The notes beneath the pieces are model-generated. The model ran no database searches and had not been told where the DNA came from. It saw only the letters and a program-made list of their open reading frames with translations. A DNA stretch of 64,000 nucleotides from Eledone cirrhosa (taxonomy: Eukaryota): NCBI GenBank assembly GCA_964016885.1, contig OZ024743.1, positions 27,032,001 through 27,096,000 on the forward strand, written 5' to 3'. A program made the translations under genes and the position numbers. Shown one piece after another: positions 50,361 to 64,000 of this stretch. Each line of letters starts with the position of its first letter. Position 1 is the stretch's first letter.

Positions 50361-50550
50361 CCGGCAAACCAAAGATGTGGGTTCGTGTCTCATGTACGTC
50401 AATACTCATCCTTTTTTCCGTTCAGAGGGTTTTTTTAAAATCCGAACTAACATTTTAATTTTATGTAGCTAAATACGGCGTAAGTACATGTTTCTACCTA
50501 ATTTTCAAATTCACTAGCCGTTTGTAAACAAAGCCTTCTTTGTGTCTCCC

Positions 50551-50662
<112 letters not shown>

Positions 50663-51298
50663 GGAGGGTAAGACAAGGTGGAAGATGTAACTTTACATTT
50701 AATTAAAACACTGACTAAGTTGCAGAATCTGCTAGATGCTACTAGAATATTCTAGAAACTTTATGTTGTTACTTTAGCTGGTGGAAACTTTATTGGTGGC
50801 TCGTATCCAAGCAATTGTAATATTTCACTTCAGTTCATGATAAATTGATCATGTTATCAAGTTTCAGGATATTTTTGGTATGGAGGAGGATGTGGGGAGA
50901 TGATGGAGATCTAGAGGAGGAGAAGTCCTTGAAGAGTGGCTAAGTGAAAGACAGAGACTGATAGAACGAGAGAGAGAGAGAACAAGTGAGAGAGTGAGAG
51001 AAATAGCAAAAACTAAAATATATATGTGATACTTATAGAGAGTAAAATAGAATTACAAAAAGAAACAAAAAAAAAAACAAAAAAAAAACAGGCAGTATGC
51101 AAGAAAGAATGAACAAAATAATAAAGAAATAAGAAATAAAAGGAAAGGAACCGATCGGCAGATGGGGTCAAGGAAACTGTTTCTGTTGTTGCTTCCATTA
51201 CTATGAGACCTGACGGTCGCAACTCCTGACAGATGTGTCACCGCTTTTCTGGTGAAAGGAGGCGAGATGTGAACTCAGAACACACAGGTCCAGGGCAG

Positions 51299-51678
51299 CA
51301 GACCTGCCAAACTCTAAAATCCAAACGGAGAGTACCGGGAAAAAAAGTGCCCCAAAACGGGGAGAAATGAAGTAAAATGGTGAGATTTTACATAATAGTT
51401 TCTATTTTAGGCACAAGGCCAGCAATTACCCAGTACATTACTGGTACTTTATTTTATCGACCCCGTAAGGATGAAAGGCAAAGTTAACCTCGGCGGGATT
51501 TGAACTCAGATCATAAATGGACGTAACTCTATGCTTCAAAGCATGGTGTCCGACTCTCTACCGATACTGCCAATCCACCAATGAAAGCTATACCCATTTG
51601 TGCAAGAAAACACATCTCTTACTCACTCCAAAGGGGGTGGGAGATCTCCCCGTCAGACGAGGAGAGTTGACGGGTCTG
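51299..51678 (-). mobile_element. MITE (cagacc family) interrupted by a family A SINE at 51397-51579
   Basis: TIRs cagacctgccaaac / gttgacgggtctg; homologous to 47460-47652. Confidence 0.8.
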
Positions 51679-52069
51679 GAACAGATATCGCAAAGCATTT
51701 CGTCCGACTCTTTAATAATTCCTCCAATACACCGTCCCTGGATTCATACTTCATTTATCGATTCCAAAAGGATGAAATACAAAGTTGGCTTTGGTGTGAT
51801 TTGAACTTACTATGCAGATGGCTGGAACAAATACCCACACTTTAACTATTCTGTCAATTCGTCGCCTCTAAAAACATGGTAGTGTTTGTATATGTGCATT
51901 ATCTGAGTTGAAATACCGTCGGGGTTGTCTTTACCTTTCATCCTTCCGAGGTCGATAAAATAAAGTACCAATCAAGTCCTGGTCCAATTTAATCGCCCCC
52001 TTCCTACAAACCGCTGTCCTTATGTTTAACGTAAGACGGTTAGCATCCTACTCGTCACATTGACAAAGA

Positions 52070-52505
52070 AGTGGTCGGAAAAAGTGCTTTGCAACATAGA
52101 GTTATGGCCCTTTACGTTCTGAGTTCAAATCCTGCCGAGGTTAGCTTTGCCTTTCATCCTTACGGAGTCGATAAAATAAAGCACCAGTAATACACTGGGG
52201 TCGATTTAATCGACTTTTCCCCTCCCCCATAATTGCTGGCTTGTGCCTATAGTAGAAATAATAATAATTATTGTTGTTTTTAGGGCCGTGTTTGGCAGGA
52301 TCATTATAATGTCGTACGAAACCCGTAGGAATATTGCTTATGGCTCCTTACGTCCTGATTTCAAGTCTATGCTGAAGTCAATTTTGCCTTTCATCCTTAT
52401 GGGGTGGATAAAATAAAGTATCACTAATACCCTGGGTTCGATTTTATCGACATTTTCCTCCTCCAAGATAGTTAGCCTTGTGCCTAAACCAGAAACCAAT
52501 ATTAT
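52070..52505 (+). mobile_element. Two tandem family A SINEs
   Basis: Conserved body and (ATT)n tails. Confidence 0.78.
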
Positions 52506-54104
52506 TATTGTTGTTTGCCGTGGATGTAAAAGTTTTCACAGAGCTTCGTTTAAAAGCTGGTTTCTTCCAATATTACTTGATGAAAACATTAAAAAACAGA
52601 CATTTTTATTTTGGTTCTTCTCACCAGCAAAAAGAAAATGTTCTTCCTTAGATATTTATAAATGTGTGAAGATATTTTTCATTTTTCTCTGTTTATTAGT
52701 TGTCCAAGTAACAAACTCCACTGTATTTGCCAGAGCAGTGGAACTCTGATGAAACTTGCGGTAGAAGGTAGCAGCCTTAAGTGCTATTGATACGTTAGCA
52801 CCAAACATTAGAAGTCATATTGCGATAAAATGAGAGCAAAAATGGGAACAAAAGCCATCCTGCTGTCAAAACCTCAAACATTAACACCACCACGACGACG
52901 ACCACCACAACCACCACCACCACCACCGACAACAACAACATAAACAGCAAAAACAACAATAAAACGAGTGTTAGTAACACCACCGCCACCACCAGCACCA
53001 TCATCGTTATTCAGTTATAACAATAGGAAAAACATCATCAGCAACAACAATGACACCACAAAGGTTGAGAATTCTAAAAAAAAAAATGAATAAATTAAAA
53101 CAACAACAAAAACAACAACAACAAAACGAGGTATATCAGTAAAGCTTTGAAACATAATTACTGGTTACTGTAGTCATTCACCTAATACTAATGAAGTACA
53201 AGATTGAGTCTGTGACTATAGTAAACACTTATATCAATGTGTAATTATCGAAAATAGCATTTCATTGCACATTTTAATTATAAGTAGCGGCCGGGCAAAC
53301 CATTCAGCAGGCTTCGTTGCATTTTAGGTTGGAGGCAATTTACATCAATTATATCTCTAACGGTCTTGAGAAAAGGATGAATGTTTGCAGGTGAAATTAA
53401 TACGTGGACACTCAGTCTACTAAAAATAGGATACAAATCTCTTCAAATTACACGCTATCACTAAAATAAAGAAGGAAGCATTATATAATGTAGTCATGGC
53501 ATGGATATTCAAAAAGAAGGGATTGTCACGCCTGGAACGCCTTTGACGATAAGGGATGTTTTGAAGAAGAAAAAAAAGAAGAAAAAAGAAAGAAAGAAGA
53601 AGAAAAAAGAAGTAGAAGAAGAAGAAGAAGAAGAAGAAGAAGAAGAAGAAGAACAACAACAACAACAACAACAAGAACAACAACAATGAAAATATAAAAG
53701 TGTTACATATTCTCACTGCTCCCTCATCTATAAATATATGGCCTTCTCGCAAAGTTATATATCAATACGTAAATTATTGATTGTAGTTTGATGGTTCTCT
53801 CCTGAAATAACGGGAAAGAAGAACGTTGGTTGTGTAGGTAGCCATTTAAACATTATGAGTAAAATGTCGGCGATTCTACTCTAGGGCTTCTTTAAAATGC
53901 GGTTCTGTGTTAGTTATTTACATAACTTCTGAAATTTATTAAATAATTACCGTTATGTACAAAGATACGTGAATCGGTGAAATAATAATATTTACAATTA
54001 AAAAACAATATTTAAATGAAACAAAAAAAGGGGGAAAAGAAAAAGCTAATCAAGCAACGAAAAAAAGGGAGAGGGTGAGGGAAGGATAGACTCTACTCAC
54101 CAGT

Positions 54105-54780
54105 GAGAGAGATGATTCAGCTGTGCCCTGCAGACAAAATGGCGAAGGCTTTGCCATGGAGAATGGCCAGCGACATATGCTGCTACAGTCATCACATCTC
54201 TTGGGGTTCCTTCCACAGGCGGGCTACCGTCTTTCTGATATTATGGAAGAAATCGGTAGTGCGGGGACCAAAAACGCCAGATGTCTTAACGGTGACCGGT
54301 AAAAAAAGGAAGTGGTTGATTAAGCCTCGGTACTTGTTTATCTTCCCCTCCTCTGTCTTGCAGGCGGCGGTGCCCTAGTTTACGGCCGAGGTGACAAGAT
54401 TGGAGGCAGAGAACGAGTCACAACACGCCGTGGCCCAGATTAGGGATTTATCTCCCTCGAATGGTAAGAGTGTTATTCTATCGGGGCCTTAACCATCTCC
54501 ACAGTCGATGCTAGCTGGCTCCAGTTGTGACGGGAAGCCGGTTGCCTCGAGGCTCCGCTTAATGATGACGCACCACGCGACGTGTCAGGGAGAAAGGCTT
54601 GTGTTAAATCGGCATGATAGCGTGTGCAGGCCAAACTCGTCAAAAACAGTCCAACAACGGCATTTGTGTGGCTCTCACACACGGAGGCCGAGACGTTAGG
54701 CTACTCCAATGCGAGTGAACCTATCATCAAGAAGGGTACTGGTTGATGAGGAGGGAACCGAACTGAGCCAGCGCATTTGC
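54105..54780 (-). mobile_element. CRE-clade non-LTR fragment (Zn knuckle and REL)
   Basis: GLHTLSC, IIKRSL..GFPSQLEP..GDG.GPD, KINKY..PVTVKTSGVFG, GKAFAILSAG; same family as 44350-44625. Confidence 0.78.
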
Positions 54781-55216
54781 AATAAGAGAATATTCAGATA
54801 TTAGAAAAAAAGAGAGAAAATAGCAAGCAGCCAAAAGAAGGTGGTAGAAGACATGCACTCACAATTACAGTCCACAGCATGGGGCGTTGGAGTGTTCCTC
54901 AAATAATGTTTGAGGCATGCCATCACACTCACGGCATTGCTGCAGGTGATATGGAGGTTAAGGTGTTGGAGTAACTAAGTGATATGTCAGTAAAGAGAGC
55001 CATCAACAACAACAATAACTTCATTGTCAGATATCTCGAACGGCACAGACTGGAAAAAAGGTTTTCGATAATTCCTTGTAGTTGTAGTGTAAAAACAATT
55101 TATTTCCACGTCAGATTAACATGAAGAAATCGCAAGGGAAAAATGTTAAATATATCAACTAATTTTATATGGCTGTGATCATCAGAGTAGATAAATCTAA
55201 TTTCGTTTATATATTA

Positions 55217-56349
55217 CTAGCAGAGGTACCCGGCGTTGCTCGGGTATTAAATAGCAGTTATGTATACCATTTATGTCAATACTTCAGTGCTGCTTCGAAA
55301 ACTATACTTTTATAAACTCATCGACTTTTTCCAAAAGGGGGTTCCTGCCCTCAGGGGTCCCCTACTCAATATGTGCCAATTCTGAGAGTTCACATTCATC
55401 TGTAGAACAAACGTATCCCATGTGTCAAGTTTTGTGAAAATCGGTTGCGAACTCCAGAAGTTATGACGTTTTTTTTGCATTGCACTGCAGTGCTTCAGTC
55501 GACTCCAAGGAAGTGGTTAAAGGGAGTTATCTGCCGGGAGGCCCTATAATCAATATCTGGAAAAATGAAAGTGTCCATGACCATCCGGAGTACATGAGTA
55601 ACCTATGTCTTAAGTTTGGTGAACATACTGTAGAAATGCATAAGGTTTACACACACGCGCGCACGCGCACGTGTGTGTGTGTGTATGTATTTGTGTGTGC
55701 GTATGTATAAGTATGTGTATGTTCGTCGGTGCATACGTATGTACTGGCCTAAATCTTCACTATTTATTTTTACTATGTTAAGGCAAAGTTAAAATCCCGT
55801 CGAGGTTAACTTTGCCTTTCATCCTTACGGGGTCGATAAAATAAAGTACCAGTAATGTACTGTTTAATTGCTGGCCTTGTGCCAAAAGTAGAAACAACTA
55901 TTTTAATAACCTGTCATTTTCGTTTACAATTTTATTTACATCATTCTTAAACTCCGGGGCTGGAAATCATTCGGTTATTTTAAATAGAATATTAGGCTAA
56001 CGACTCCATTTACACCATACACTTGGTCTTCTCTTTGCATGAAATTGTTCTTCTCGGTCCACCGCGTCGGTTATACGTAACATAAATAGATAAGCAAATG
56101 ACGCCATAAAAGGGAAATAACTCGTCTCTCATCTCTATTTATACATTTGAACTGAAAAATCAATACATTACAAATTCGATTTTTACACTTGGCGTGGGTC
56201 GATTTGAAAATTTATTTGACCGATGATTCCGCCGGACCTTCATCTATAAGTGTAGCAATTTCACCGAAATTTGAACGTACGGTTTAAGAGATGTGTACCG
56301 AAGGTTTTAGTAGACAGACAGACAACCTCAGTTTTATATATATAGAAGA
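55217..56349 (-). mobile_element. Non-autonomous Helitron
   Basis: Minus strand A|TCttctatatatataaaa ... cccgagc-aac-gccggg hairpin-tacctctg-CTAG|T, the canonical Helitron ends; SINE fragment inside (~55790-55900). Confidence 0.72.
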
Positions 56350-56789
56350 TATACAGAAACGCTGGCTTGGCTGAGTGGTTATGGGGTTTGCTTCGCAATC
56401 CTGAGGGCCCGGGTTCGAGCTTACTTGTGGTATCTTGAGCAAATGTCTTTACTACAGCATCGAGTTGACCTAAGCCTTGTCAGATGGATTGTACCCATAA
56501 TTCAAAGATCCAATTTTGTCACATATTGTGTCACGTCGAAATCAACGAAAGATTCAACATATACCGAAAAACAATGATTTTTACAAAGATTATTTTCGTT
56601 GATAGTGAATTGTTTCTTTATTTCCTTACCTCGTATATTTACGGCTACAATCTTTCAAATAAGAGCTGATAGATGATATTTCTACGTAGAACATTAATAC
56701 AGAGATTCCATCGGCCATTCAGCGAGCCTCTAAGTGGTTACTCGATCTGCTAAAAATAGAAACATTTTGAAAGCACATTTCTGCTTTAA

Positions 56790-57016
56790 TAATGGTTTCT
56801 GATTTTGGCACAAGGCCAGCAAATTTTGGGAGGAGAGGAAAATCGATTAAATCGACCCCAGTGCGTGACTGGTACTTTATTTTATAGACCCCCCCCCCCA
56901 AGGATGAAAGGCAAAGCTAACCTCAGCGGGATTTGAACTCAGAACGTAATGGGTCGCAACTATATGCTGCAAAGTATGTCGTCCGACGCTCTATCGATAT
57001 TACCAATCCACCGCCC
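56790..57016 (-). mobile_element. Full-length family A SINE (long subtype)
   Basis: Contains the tcgattaaatcga internal palindrome; A/B boxes. Confidence 0.85.
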
Positions 57017-59088
57017 CTTTCTCTGTTTTAATAATGGAAATGAGATACAGTCCTAATTACAAAAAAAAAAAAAAATGAAAAACGCGGTGTGGTCACAACT
57101 ATAATACTTCTGATCATAATTTTGTTCGACCAGAGTTGACCTGGAGCTAAACCTCATCATCCTCATTATAAAAAAGAGACAATAAAAGGACAAAAATAGC
57201 AACAGTACTAATAACTACAACAGCAACTAGCAACAAGAATGGCAACAACAACATGGCTGCTTCAAGTATGGCTATATCCTGAACAGTGAAACCAGTGAAA
57301 GAGATTACGCTAAATTAATTCCTTTTTCATCGATAGATATTCATTGATGACATTTATAAGATCATTAATGAAGTAAATGAAATAAGATGGATTAAACCTT
57401 CTCTCAACCAATCAAAAAATCATATTACTAAAAGTTGTTTTGTTTAAAACGAGACTGCATAATAATAAAAAAAATGCTGTAGCCATTTTGTAGTGAATGT
57501 TCTACCAAAGATATTAGCTGACGTTGATCTATAACTTTATGAAAAAAGGAACGGAGCCGATTGTAAGATCAGTTCAAAGAAGCTACGTTTCAATATTGGT
57601 CTTTCTACTGCCAATACTATCTGCCAGTTCCAACTCCAGACAGAAAGAGGCAGGATTTGAACTCAAAACACACAGAGTCGGAACAGGTGCCGCAAAGTTT
57701 TCCACTCAACCGTTTAACAATTTTGCTTTTCCATCGGTTCTTCTTTCTACTGGTTTACTTAGATATTTTTCATATACCCTTCATGGTTATCTACAATATG
57801 AACCATCATACTGCTTTATCGAACAATCGTTAAATGTAAACCCAGATAAAAAATAAACAGCGTAGACCCATACTTTTCGATCTATTTCAACATAAGAGGT
57901 ATACTCACTAACTTTTCAGAAGTTGAATCTCATTTCTAAGAGTTAAAAACAGATTTCATGTTCCTTTCTGAAACAGACTTCAATAACTTCAGTCTCTGAA
58001 AAAGGTTTCAAAATTTCTGCCTATTCCCCAATAATCTCCAAGCAAGTCGATTGAATCAATTATCGAATTTTTAACTTGGCACAAATTCGATATTTTTTGT
58101 AGAGTGTATAGCTTATATTAGAGGAACTTATTTTATCGACACAGTAAAAGTGAAATGCAAAGAACAAAACTAATAACTTTTTTTCTCGAAACTCTATTAT
58201 TTCAGTCAAATTACTGTTTTAGGGACATTCTATAATTAGCTTCCAATCATCATTGTCTATATCATATTGATACGATAGCCAAGTAGATAAGGCGTTGAAC
58301 TCTCTCTTCACTAATCATTAGTTCAATTCTACTGCAAGCATTTTATTAGTGTTTATAGATTCTACAATGCATCAGTTTTCTAAAATATGAGAAGGAAGTA
58401 TAGAATCTATCTGGTTTCATTCCGATCACAGTTCGTTAGATATCTAGCTTTGCACAGCCATTAGTAATTGAAGCTGGTTTTGATTTACAGGATGTGTATT
58501 CCACATTTAATTTGTCACGTATTGGCCATCCACCTCCAGATAGCCACCTTCGCCGTCTACAAGGCTTCCACTATGATTCTAGCATGAACTATAGTCCTGC
58601 TTATCAAATTATATTTCGTATAAAAAAGGAATAATCATATCACGACTCCAAAGAACAAAAGCTACCACATGAACATTTCACTACCATCAACACAATTTCG
58701 CTAATGCCGCAACATCATCATCAACACGATTACACCAATACCATTGTAATACCACCACAACATTCAACATAATCTCAACAATAGCATCACACCAATTTCA
58801 TCACGCAAATACTCTCCCACCAATATTAATACACCGACATAACAAATACTATATCAACATCAATGCACTACAGTACCACCACAGTAATAGCATTACTCAA
58901 CACTATCATAACAATATCACTAAGGCTTCTGTGCCTTTGGCATTATATCGATCTAAATTCCCCATTATACACACACACACATATATATATATAAATAAAA
59001 TAATAATAATAATAATAATAATTATAGGGTGAAATCAGCGATTCTTTGCTTAAACTTAATCTGTTATTTTAATAAATATATATATATG

Positions 59089-59167
<79 letters not shown>

Positions 59168-59229
59168 TTGGTAATAATAAATGTGAAGACTAAAATCCGA
59201 AGAGGGTTCGATAAGGATTATATATATAT

Positions 59230-59860
59230 AAAATATATATAAAACCGTAGAGCAAATATTTATTATAAGAACAGATTAAAGTTTAAGCAAAGAATCGCTG
59301 CTTTCACCCTTACGGAATCTTCTGAAACTAAAAAAAATCAATCTGTGGACGCAAAAGTAAATATTTCGAAAAAACGTTACAACCGAAGGAAAAGAGGAAC
59401 ACGATACTTTGGTCCATGAAGACGTTCCCTGGCAATGAACGGAAACAAGCGAGGATAATACATTGTTATGTGGAGCGACAAGAACAATTTCACGCAAAGA
59501 CAAAAACACGTTTATGGTATAAATGGAGTCATTAGACTAACCGAATGATTCTCAGCTCCGGAGTTTAAGAATAATATAAATAAAGTTGTTAAATGAAAAT
59601 GATAGAGGTTATTAAAATAGTTAAGATTTAGGCCATTTGGTCTAGGTGACCTAGTTGACCTTAGTGGCGGTAGTATTGGGGTTGTTAGTGAAAGATTCAA
59701 ATATGTAACCAGATATAGGTTCATTTGGGAATGTGTATACTTATCAATATTACGAGCCCTGATAGTAAGAGGTGTTAAAATTATAATCCATTTTGTAAAC
59801 ATATAATACACACCCTCACACACATATCTGTCGGTAACCAACCAGCATATTCTCAAATGT
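59230..59860. mobile_element. Possible decayed PLE 3'-end/pLTR remnant between (TA)n tracts
   Basis: Minus strand KWI...N resembling a GIY-YIG C-terminus; degenerate HHR-like fold at 59413-59455. Confidence 0.3.
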
Positions 59861-60107
59861 TTATATATATATATATATATATTTGAAAAAAGGAAAATAA
59901 TGTCTTCACTTGTAGTTCTAAACAATTTGATTTAATTTTATAATATTATAATTTTACAATTTAGTTTTGTAGATATAGTAAGTTCTTTGTTAACTTCGCT
60001 GGGAAGATTTTTAAAGATTCCTGGTTAACTTTCCTGGAGAACTTTCTCGCATTCGTCGGTGGCGATTGTCAAACTGAGATCAGGTTTTTCTACTCATCCA
60101 TCCATTC

Positions 60108-60187
<80 letters not shown>

Positions 60188-60622
60188 TCGTATATATATA
60201 TATATACACTCGTATATATATATATATATATATATATATGAATAAAGTTAGTCCTTCATCAGTGATCTTCCAACCATCATTGGTATTTCATCGCTTTAAA
60301 GACCATATACCTCCGGTTGGTGCGAGCAACGGCTAAAAAAAGTCGTTGGGACACGTAAATAAAGGGGACACGAGTGTAAACAAACAAAAATGGTGAACCA
60401 ACGAAAAGTGAGGAAGAAGGAGTCAAGTCCCAAATTTCTATGAATTTAAATTCGGTGAAATCGTGAACGAGAGAGAATAAAGACCACCAAACCTGGTTGG
60501 AATGTGAGCAAGGAAGGAATTCCGTACAGCTCTAACGGGAGGAAGAAGGGATCTAGTCTGTGATTTCGGTGAACGTAAGTTCTGTGAAATCGTAGAGGAG
60601 AGAGAGAAAAAAAGTGACCTGC

Positions 60623-61298
60623 CAGACGAGTCCGCTTAAGAGTATGGCATAATCAATTCCCGTTTATATAATTTCTATATAATTTAGTCCGAATAAGAGT
60701 ATGTACAGCCACCGGAAATAACATCTGTGAAATAAATAACTCTATCTATCTGCTTAGCTACCATGAAACAAACAACCCTTAAGCCACCAAAATAAAACAC
60801 CTACGCAGCAGCTAAACATCAAACGATAATTTTTGTATAGAGTGGTTCCAAACACAGTCGTCCTTTGGCAGAGCCAGCTAGCGTATCGTTGTTCCATCCT
60901 CTGCCACACTTGTCACTCACACACGCCTTGTACCTCTGTATCGTCGCTTCAAATTATACTCTGTCTGAAATCGAGGAATTGATTGAAAAAAAAATTGCGA
61001 GCACGCGAGTCCAAAAAAGCATTTTGGACTATTTTCAGGAAATAAAAATTGCATACCAATATGTTGAAATATTGCTTCATTTATCTATAATTTGCAATAA
61101 TACTTGTTGAATTTTTTGGTGTAACTTTCATTTTTATTACTTATAAATGCATTTTAAACGATAATAAAGCGATTTTTAATCATTGAAAGATTCAAAATAA
61201 TAATACTATGGAATATTTTTACTTAGTCCGGATAAGAGTATAGTCCGGTTAAGAGTATACTATTTTCCATTCCCGAGGGTATACTCTTAAGCGGACTC

Positions 61299-61303
<5 letters not shown>
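60623..61303 (+). mobile_element. pogo/Tigger-like internally deleted DNA transposon
   Basis: TIR cgagtccgcttaagagtat (60627-60645) / rc 61281-61299; subterminal agtccg..taagagtat repeats; C-terminal QKSILDYF PIP-box-like motif. Confidence 0.8.
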
Positions 61304-61360
<57 letters not shown>

Positions 61361-61556
61361 TTGGGGAGGGTCATATTTGTGTAATATTGCCAGAATTAAT
61401 AACAGAACACACTCACTGTTTGGTTGGTTTTCGCTTCTCGCTTCTGTGTCTTTTATATCGGTAATCTAACTTACTCGGTCCTCAATGTTGCCATTGACTG
61501 ACCGACGGTCAAAAATAATACAGATACAATATAGACACAAACACATATATATAGTT

Positions 61557-61600
61557 TATCATAAATCTTTCGTTGCACATCTGCAACATCGTCAGTGGTG
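61557..61600 (-). ncRNA. Minimal hammerhead ribozyme in the PLE pLTR
   Basis: Minus strand cca-CTGACGA-t-gttgca(gatg)tgcaac-GAA-AGATTT-A-tga; same strand as the EN ORF; stem I weak. Confidence 0.7.
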
Positions 61601-61839
61601 TTATATTTTCCTCTTGTTGTATTGTATGTCTACGCCATTTTTATTCAGTCTGTCTATATATTTATTTATTTATTTGCTTGTTTGTTTATTTTATTTTGTC
61701 TTCTTTGCGCATGCGTTTGCGTGTGTGTATAGTGTTTTGTTTGCTGTGTGATGGGCGACTAGTGTGTGTTTATGTGCTTGTTGTTATTGTGCTTGTGTAT
61801 GTATTTATTTATTTATTTTATTTTATTTTATTTACTTAT

Positions 61840-62226
61840 TTATACTTCTCTTAGGTCAGTGTTGTTTGTTTGGGTGTTGTTATTCCATTCATTATTTCTG
61901 TTTAGCCTTGGTCTTCTAATTTCTATTTCACTGGCCTCTCTGATTTGCCTACCTGCTGGGTCATTTCTATGTTTAGATATTATTCTAATTTCTATGTTGT
62001 CTATGTTACCGTCAGGTTGTTGTCTAGCATGTTCGTATAGTACTGACCCGTTTTTTCGTCCTTTTAGTTCCCCCCAGTGTTGGTCTATCCTTTCACCTAT
62101 GCTACGAGCTGTCTCACCTATGTATGTTGTTGTCATGTTTCTGCAAGTACCCTCCGTACATCTTATGCTATAGACTACGTTTCTAGTTTTACAGTTTATC
62201 CGGGGGTTCACCTTACATATGATACA
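61840..62226 (-). CDS. GIY-YIG endonuclease domain of the PLE (inverted, 5'-truncated copy)
   Basis: CIIC..NC..RNVVYSIRC..C..YIGETARS..ER..QH..SVLYEH..RQIREASEI..P.LN. Confidence 0.85.
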   Translation of the reverse strand, partial: CIICKVNPRINCKTRNVVYSIRCTEGTCRNMTTTYIGETARSIGERIDQHWGELKGRKNGSVLYEHARQQPDGNIDNIEIRIISKHRNDPAGRQIREASEIEIRRPRLNRNNEWNNNTQTNNTDLREV

Positions 62227-64000
62227 CGGATAAGTCTGGTAGGATGTCAATAGATAGCATGCCGAACTACATCGAGGATATGCAACCCCACATCACCAAC
62301 ACGAGCGAAATTGCACAACAAACACACGATGGGAGAGAGAAAATCCTCAATGCTCACATGATGATATGGACTGACATCCTAAAGCCAAGCAGACGCACTG
62401 CCAACAACTTCCAGGCGTCTAACAATGGCATACCACCCTTGTATGGGCTCCGCAAAGACCACAAGACAGTCGACGACCCGACAACATGACCACCAACAAG
62501 ACCCGTATGCGGAGCTAATATAGCTAGCAACTACAGGATCTCCTACTTCCTCTCAATGGTTATACGCCCCATAATCAAGATGTCCCCAGATGTATGTGAC
62601 AGTACAGAGGACCTCCTCAGCAGAATCAGTGAGTGCAACAAAAACAGGAGCCTATCCAACTGCATAATAGGCAGCATGGATGTGGTGTCACTGTACCCAT
62701 CCATTAACATTGATTTTGCTGTGAAAAGATGTGTGGAGATGATCATTGAGAGTGAGGTGGAGTTCTGTGCGACGTCGATACAGACGAACTGGGCCTCCTA
62801 CTTAGACTTACCTACGACACTGACTACCTAGACAGCCATGACCTTAGATGTTTCTGCCCTAGTAGACCTATAAGAGGTAGACCCCCCACCATAACCTCAA
62901 TAGCAAAAAAGACTCCCATGGGAAGGTGGATTGGGTGGACCAAAGCTATACGGACCCCCCAAAACAATGATCAGGTAAAAAAATGGTCGCACATGCAATA
63001 GGGGCTAGTATCAAAACTACCCTAAAGGGCCACATATTTAAGTTCAACGAGAAGATCTACACCCAAAATGAGGGAGCAGCCATCAGCGTCAACATAGCTG
63101 GTGATGTTGCCAACCATTTCATGGTATGGTGGGAAAGGAGACTTAAAGATCTCCTTAATGAGAGCTCCATAGACCTCATCATGTACTCTCGTTATGTAGA
63201 CGATATCAATATAGTTATAAGAACACCCCCACTAGAGAGCACTAACAAGTTTGATTTAGAACGTGGAAAGCATCCAGCAAATAGCTAATTCCATACACCA
63301 GAGTATAACTGTAACTATCGGCTTCTCTTCCAAACACCCTAACAATAGACTACCTGTATTAGACACAGAACTCTGGATTAACACTATAGACGAGAGAGCC
63401 CAAATTCTCCACTCACACTATGCTAAACCCATGGCCTCCAAATACCTGATACTCAAAAACTCAGCAATGTCCAGTAGTGCTAAGTTTAATATTCTGATCG
63501 CAGATTTGGTACGAGTGATGAAGAATGTGTCCCGCATGTGCGACCCAACAGAAATGGAAAGACACATCCAACACTTCATCAATCGCATGCAGTTCTCTGG
63601 CTACAACCAAAGAGACAGAGTCAGAGTATACGAAGGAGCCATGGAAAAGTATAAGACCCTCATAGAACTGGACATGAAAGGAATTTGCCCATTATACAGG
63701 AGCAAATCATGGAATAGCTTAGATAGGGCTAGACATAAGATAGGGAAAGCCACCTCATGGTACGACAACCAGAGATACCAGAGTGTCATGTTTGTGGACG
63801 CTACCCCTGGAAGGAAATTAGCTAACCAGTGTAGAATGGCCCTGAGAAAGACCCACTTAAAAATAAAGGTGGTAGAAAAGCCAAGAACCACCATAAAATC
63901 CCTGATCAGCAAAACCTACCCTTTTAAGAAAACCCACTGTACCAATAGGAAATGTATCATATGTAAGGTGAACCCCCGGATAAACTGTAAAACTAGAAAC
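62227..64000 (+). pseudogene. PLE reverse transcriptase, 5'-truncated, disrupted, running off the window
   Basis: TDKSG, LYGLRKDHK, RPVC, SMDVVSLYPSI, YTQNEG, RYVDD, LPVLD, HYAKPM, then Cys linker CTNRKCIIC; stop at 62487 and frameshifts. Confidence 0.9.

Larger units (their letters stand above)
61340..62226 (-). mobile_element. Inverted 3' end (GIY-YIG and pLTR) of a Penelope-like element
   Basis: 62179-62226 is the reverse complement of the window end (tgtatcatatgtaaggtgaacc...); abuts (TA)n at 61301-61339. Confidence 0.88.

Noticed and set aside
50418-50452. CAGA-stem-GAAC variant HHR
   Set aside because: No stem III or cleavage triplet
62487-62489. In-frame TGA in the PLE RT as possible selenocysteine
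   Set aside because: It falls at the likely Gly of a GPPxRP motif (GGA>TGA), and the copy also has frameshifts

Overview
Repeat-saturated, AT-rich eukaryotic (animal) genomic DNA, not prokaryotic. The SINE families and microsatellite load suggest a cephalopod such as octopus (inference). I found no convincing host-gene exon; nearly all listed ORFs are microsatellite or antisense artefacts or decayed transposon coding sequence. The window holds dozens of tRNA-derived SINEs (three families), RTE, Tx1/L1, CRE and R4-like LINE fragments, and one near full-length RTE with three C-terminal C2H2 fingers plus a bipartite derivative carrying an HDV-like ribozyme candidate. It also holds mariner, pogo and hAT MITEs, a non-autonomous Helitron, and a Penelope-like element (PLE) with an inverted GIY-YIG/pLTR end. 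The most striking signal is a set of non-coding elements sitting in (TA)n tracts that carry minimal type-I hammerhead ribozymes (HHRs). Four HHRs cluster at 39.7-40.8 kb. Two of them lie in an 849-bp near-perfect palindrome built from a 467-nt terminally redundant unit that appears to have folded back on its own hairpin.
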